Position numbers and translations under genes: made by a program. A stretch of DNA of 64,000 bases from an uncultured Gemmatimonadales bacterium (GTDB lineage: Bacteria; Gemmatimonadota; Gemmatimonadetes; Gemmatimonadales; Gemmatimonadaceae): contig CAVPQB010000003.1 in NCBI GenBank assembly GCA_963707505.1, forward strand, positions 672,001 through 736,000. Reading direction: 5' to 3'. A model generated the notes under the pieces. The model was not told the DNA's origin and did not search any database. It worked only from the letters and a program-made list of their open reading frames with translations. Position 1 is the stretch's first letter; each line of letters opens with the position of its first letter. Positions 61,205 to 64,000 of the stretch are shown piece by piece.

Positions 61205-62047
61205 CTATTCAGCTCCTCCAATTCGTCGCGGATCGAGCGCGTCTCGGAGCGCGTCGCCCAGCAGATTGAACCCGAGCACGGCTGCACCGATCGCCAGGCC
61301 AGGCGCGAGTGACGTCCACGGCGCGTTCCGAAGTTGGTCCAGATCGCGTCCGTCTGCAATCATGCTCCCCCAGCTCGCGGTCGGCGGCTGAATACCGAGA
61401 CCCAGGAACGACAGTGCGGCCTCCGCCATTATCGCACCCGCAATGCCCAGCGTTGCGGCGATCACGACCGGCCCCACCACGTTCGGCAAGACATGCAGCA
61501 GCATGATGCGCTCCCCGCGTGCGCCAAGCGCACGCGCAGCCTGCACGTATTCCAGATCGCGCACGACAAGCACCTGTCCGCGCACCAGTCGCGCAATTCC
61601 GGCCCAGCCGACTACACCAATCGTGATGAACACTACACTCATCGACGGCTGAAATGCGGCTGACATCGCGATCAGCAACAGCAGCGTCGGAAAGGCCAGC
61701 GTCACATCCGCGAGCCGCATCACGACCTCGTCGATCCAGCCGCGATAATAACCGGCGAGCAATCCGAGCGTGATCCCCAGACTCACTGCGATAGCCTGCG
61801 AGACGAGCCCGACCGCAAGCGACACGCGAGCGCCGTACACGAGCCGCGCCCAGACGTCGCGTCCCTGCACGTCGGTGCCAAGCCAGTGAGCCCGCGAGGG
61901 CGGATCGAGCAGGTGAATCAGGTCTATCGCATTGGGATTCTTTCCGGCGACTATCGGCGCAAAAACGGCCATTACCACCATTACAGCAATGACGGTAACA
62001 CCGATCCGCGTCCGCGTATCGGACATGAGCCTGCTGCCAGTGCTCAC
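61205..62047 (-). CDS. Oligopeptide/dipeptide ABC permease (OppC/DppC-like)
   Basis: HWLGTD.QGRD, EYVQAARALGA, EAALSFLGLG, LGDALRDALDP. Confidence 0.92.
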   Translation of the reverse strand: MSTGSRLMSDTRTRIGVTVIAVMVVMAVFAPIVAGKNPNAIDLIHLLDPPSRAHWLGTDVQGRDVWARLVYGARVSLAVGLVSQAIAVSLGITLGLLAGYYRGWIDEVVMRLADVTLAFPTLLLLIAMSAAFQPSMSVVFITIGVVGWAGIARLVRGQVLVVRDLEYVQAARALGARGERIMLLHVLPNVVGPVVIAATLGIAGAIMAEAALSFLGLGIQPPTASWGSMIADGRDLDQLRNAPWTSLAPGLAIGAAVLGFNLLGDALRDALDPRRIGGAE

Positions 62048-62979
62048 AAACTCGGGTCCCTGAGCTCAGGCGGGGTGCCGTCCGGCTGGCGACGCCAGCG
62101 GCGATGGTGCCAGAAGTACTGCTCCGGGGCGCTACGCACCCAACGCTCCAGTATCGCGGTGTAATTGGCGACTATCGCATCGACGTCAGCCTCGCGATTG
62201 CCGGTGCGAATGATCGGGACACGCTCGACGCTGACGCGATAGCGCCCGCTTGCCTGCCTCAGCGCCGTGACGAACAGCGTTGGCGTATCGTACTTCATTG
62301 CAAATACGGCAGCTCCACGCGGCGTCTTGGCTGGCCTGCCGAAGAATGGGACAAAAGTCGATGCGAGACCCATCACGCCCTGATCTGAAACGAACGCGAC
62401 AGCTCTCCCCTCTCGCAGTGATCTCGGCGTTCGGCGCGCCGCCTCGTAGTCACGAACAACGGTCATTCCCAGCGTAGCGCGCGTCTCGTTGATATATGCG
62501 TCGAACAGCGGATTCGCCTGCGTACGCACGATGACGTCCATGGGAACACCGCGCGCTGCTACATACGCACCGGCGAGCTCCCAGTTCCCGAGGTGCCCTG
62601 TTACGAGCACAGCGCCACGTCCATGTGAGATCGCGTCCTCTACCAGCTCGAATCCGTCGACGGATTCGACCATGTCGAGCACACCTTTCTGGCCGATCGA
62701 AGGCAGCAATGCAGTCTCGATGGAGGAGCGCCCGAGATGCGCGTAGGCCTTTCGCGCGAGGTCGTGCACTTCCTGCTCGGACAACTCCGGAAACGCGGCG
62801 GCGATCTGGCGCTCGACGACGTGTCTGCGTATTCCGAGCGGTCGGTATCCGATGCTGCCAAGCCTGGATCCAAACCCGCACGCGACATCCCATGGAAGCG
62901 CGTGCAACGTACCGACCACCGTACGGAGAGCGTAGTATTCAGCGCGATGCGACGCGGTCGGCCGTGGTGCATCAGCCAT
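62044..62979 (-). CDS. Lipid A late acyltransferase (LpxL/HtrB family)
   Basis: HLGNWE, SDQ, VPFFG, PEQYFWHHRRW. Confidence 0.88.
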   Translation of the reverse strand: MADAPRPTASHRAEYYALRTVVGTLHALPWDVACGFGSRLGSIGYRPLGIRRHVVERQIAAAFPELSEQEVHDLARKAYAHLGRSSIETALLPSIGQKGVLDMVESVDGFELVEDAISHGRGAVLVTGHLGNWELAGAYVAARGVPMDVIVRTQANPLFDAYINETRATLGMTVVRDYEAARRTPRSLREGRAVAFVSDQGVMGLASTFVPFFGRPAKTPRGAAVFAMKYDTPTLFVTALRQASGRYRVSVERVPIIRTGNREADVDAIVANYTAILERWVRSAPEQYFWHHRRWRRQPDGTPPELRDPSL

Positions 62980-64000
62980 TCGCGACGCACTCCCGGACAA
63001 ATCGTGCCGTGTCGTGCGCAACGCGGTCCCAGTTCATGCGAGTCTCCACGGCCTCCCGGCCTGCAATGCCCATCTCGGTGCGCTTCTCCGCATCGCGCAA
63101 CAATACAGCAAGCGCATCCGCGATGGATTGCGCGTTCGCCGGCTCGACGATGATCCCGCACTCGCCTTCGCGAACCAGCGAGCGTACGCCGCCAGCGTCG
63201 CTCGTGACCACCGGAAGTGCGGTTGCCTGCGCTTCAATCAGCGAGATACCATTCGCAGCGACTGTCGCATCCGGAGCGGGGCGCGATGCGTCAAGATAAA
63301 TCGTCGATGTCGCGTATGCCTCGGGCAACTCGTCATCGCGCATCGGACCCGCGAATCCAATCCGGTCCATGACGTTCATATCCGCCGCAAGATTCCGTAA
63401 GCGAGCTTCGTCGCTGCCTTCACCAACCAGAACGTAGCGCAGGTTCGGGAACTCGTCGCGGAGCAGCGCGATCGCCTCGATGCCGGCATCCTGTCCCTTG
63501 TCCGGCACGAGACGCGCGACGGTGAGCACGATCGGCGCGCGCCGAATTCCCCAGCGCTGCCGGAGCGTTCCGCTATCACGCCCGGGACCAAACAGCGCTG
63601 GGTCAGTACCCAGGCCGGGTGCAGCCACAGGCGGTGGTTGCGTGATCCCGATCTCCTGCATGAGCTCACGCGTGAGAATCGCTACGTAGTCGGTCGTGGC
63701 AACGACGCCAGCCGCATCGCCAAGCAGCAACCGCACCGAGCGCCGAGCCAACGATCCGGCTTGCGCCATCTCGCGCGCGCGATTCAGGTCGCGGGCGCTG
63801 ACATATATGATGTACGGAACCCGCGACCGTTTGTGAGCACTCCGCACCACGCGCCCCGCGACGCCCATACCGCCGCAATGCAGCACCTGAACACGTCCCT
63901 TGCAGCGCGCCGCAAGCCAGTTCTGCCACCGCATGCGACTGAGGAAGCCGTCCGCGGCATCATATCCGAACGATTGCCGCTCGATCTTGTATTCCTCGGC
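62972..64000 (-). CDS. Glycosyltransferase family 4 (5' truncated by window)
   Basis: Frame open to the window end; TVARLVPDKG, GISLIEAQA..LPVV. Confidence 0.85.
   Translation of the reverse strand, partial: AEEYKIERQSFGYDAADGFLSRMRWQNWLAARCKGRVQVLHCGGMGVAGRVVRSAHKRSRVPYIIYVSARDLNRAREMAQAGSLARRSVRLLLGDAAGVVATTDYVAILTRELMQEIGITQPPPVAAPGLGTDPALFGPGRDSGTLRQRWGIRRAPIVLTVARLVPDKGQDAGIEAIALLRDEFPNLRYVLVGEGSDEARLRNLAADMNVMDRIGFAGPMRDDELPEAYATSTIYLDASRPAPDATVAANGISLIEAQATALPVVTSDAGGVRSLVREGECGIIVEPANAQSIADALAVLLRDAEKRTEMGIAGREAVETRMNWDRVAHDTARFVRECVANG

Overview
GC-rich bacterial chromosomal segment. Gene content and order suggest Gemmatimonadota (inference). 1-22.6 kb: surface/exopolysaccharide locus with a priming sugar transferase, Wza-like exporter, frameshifted Wzc, Wzm/Wzt, Wzx, several GT2/GT4 enzymes and tailoring enzymes (acyltransferase, GNAT/FemAB-like, AAC(3)-like, two paralogous methyltransferases, an alpha/alpha-barrel protein, an ATP-grasp fused to a LMW tyrosine phosphatase). 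The locus also holds a sigma54 activator with a degenerate receiver domain, a sigma54 promoter, and three copies of a YGTWGC-N6-GCAACR palindrome. 22.8-64 kb: mostly housekeeping genes (icd, tRNA-Arg, rho, ruvX, mltG, tdh-kbl, ilvE, PBP1A, tyrS, msrA, hslR) with REP-like hairpins. Most striking feature: an NtrY/NtrX-like operon (43.7-49.0 kb) whose sigma54 response regulator reads in frame, through a signal-peptide-like segment overlapping its HTH end, into an outer-membrane beta-barrel. Two small paralogous membrane/coiled-coil proteins and a DUF4390-like protein flank it. No CRISPR, transposase or prophage was seen. All family calls come from motif recognition, not database searches.
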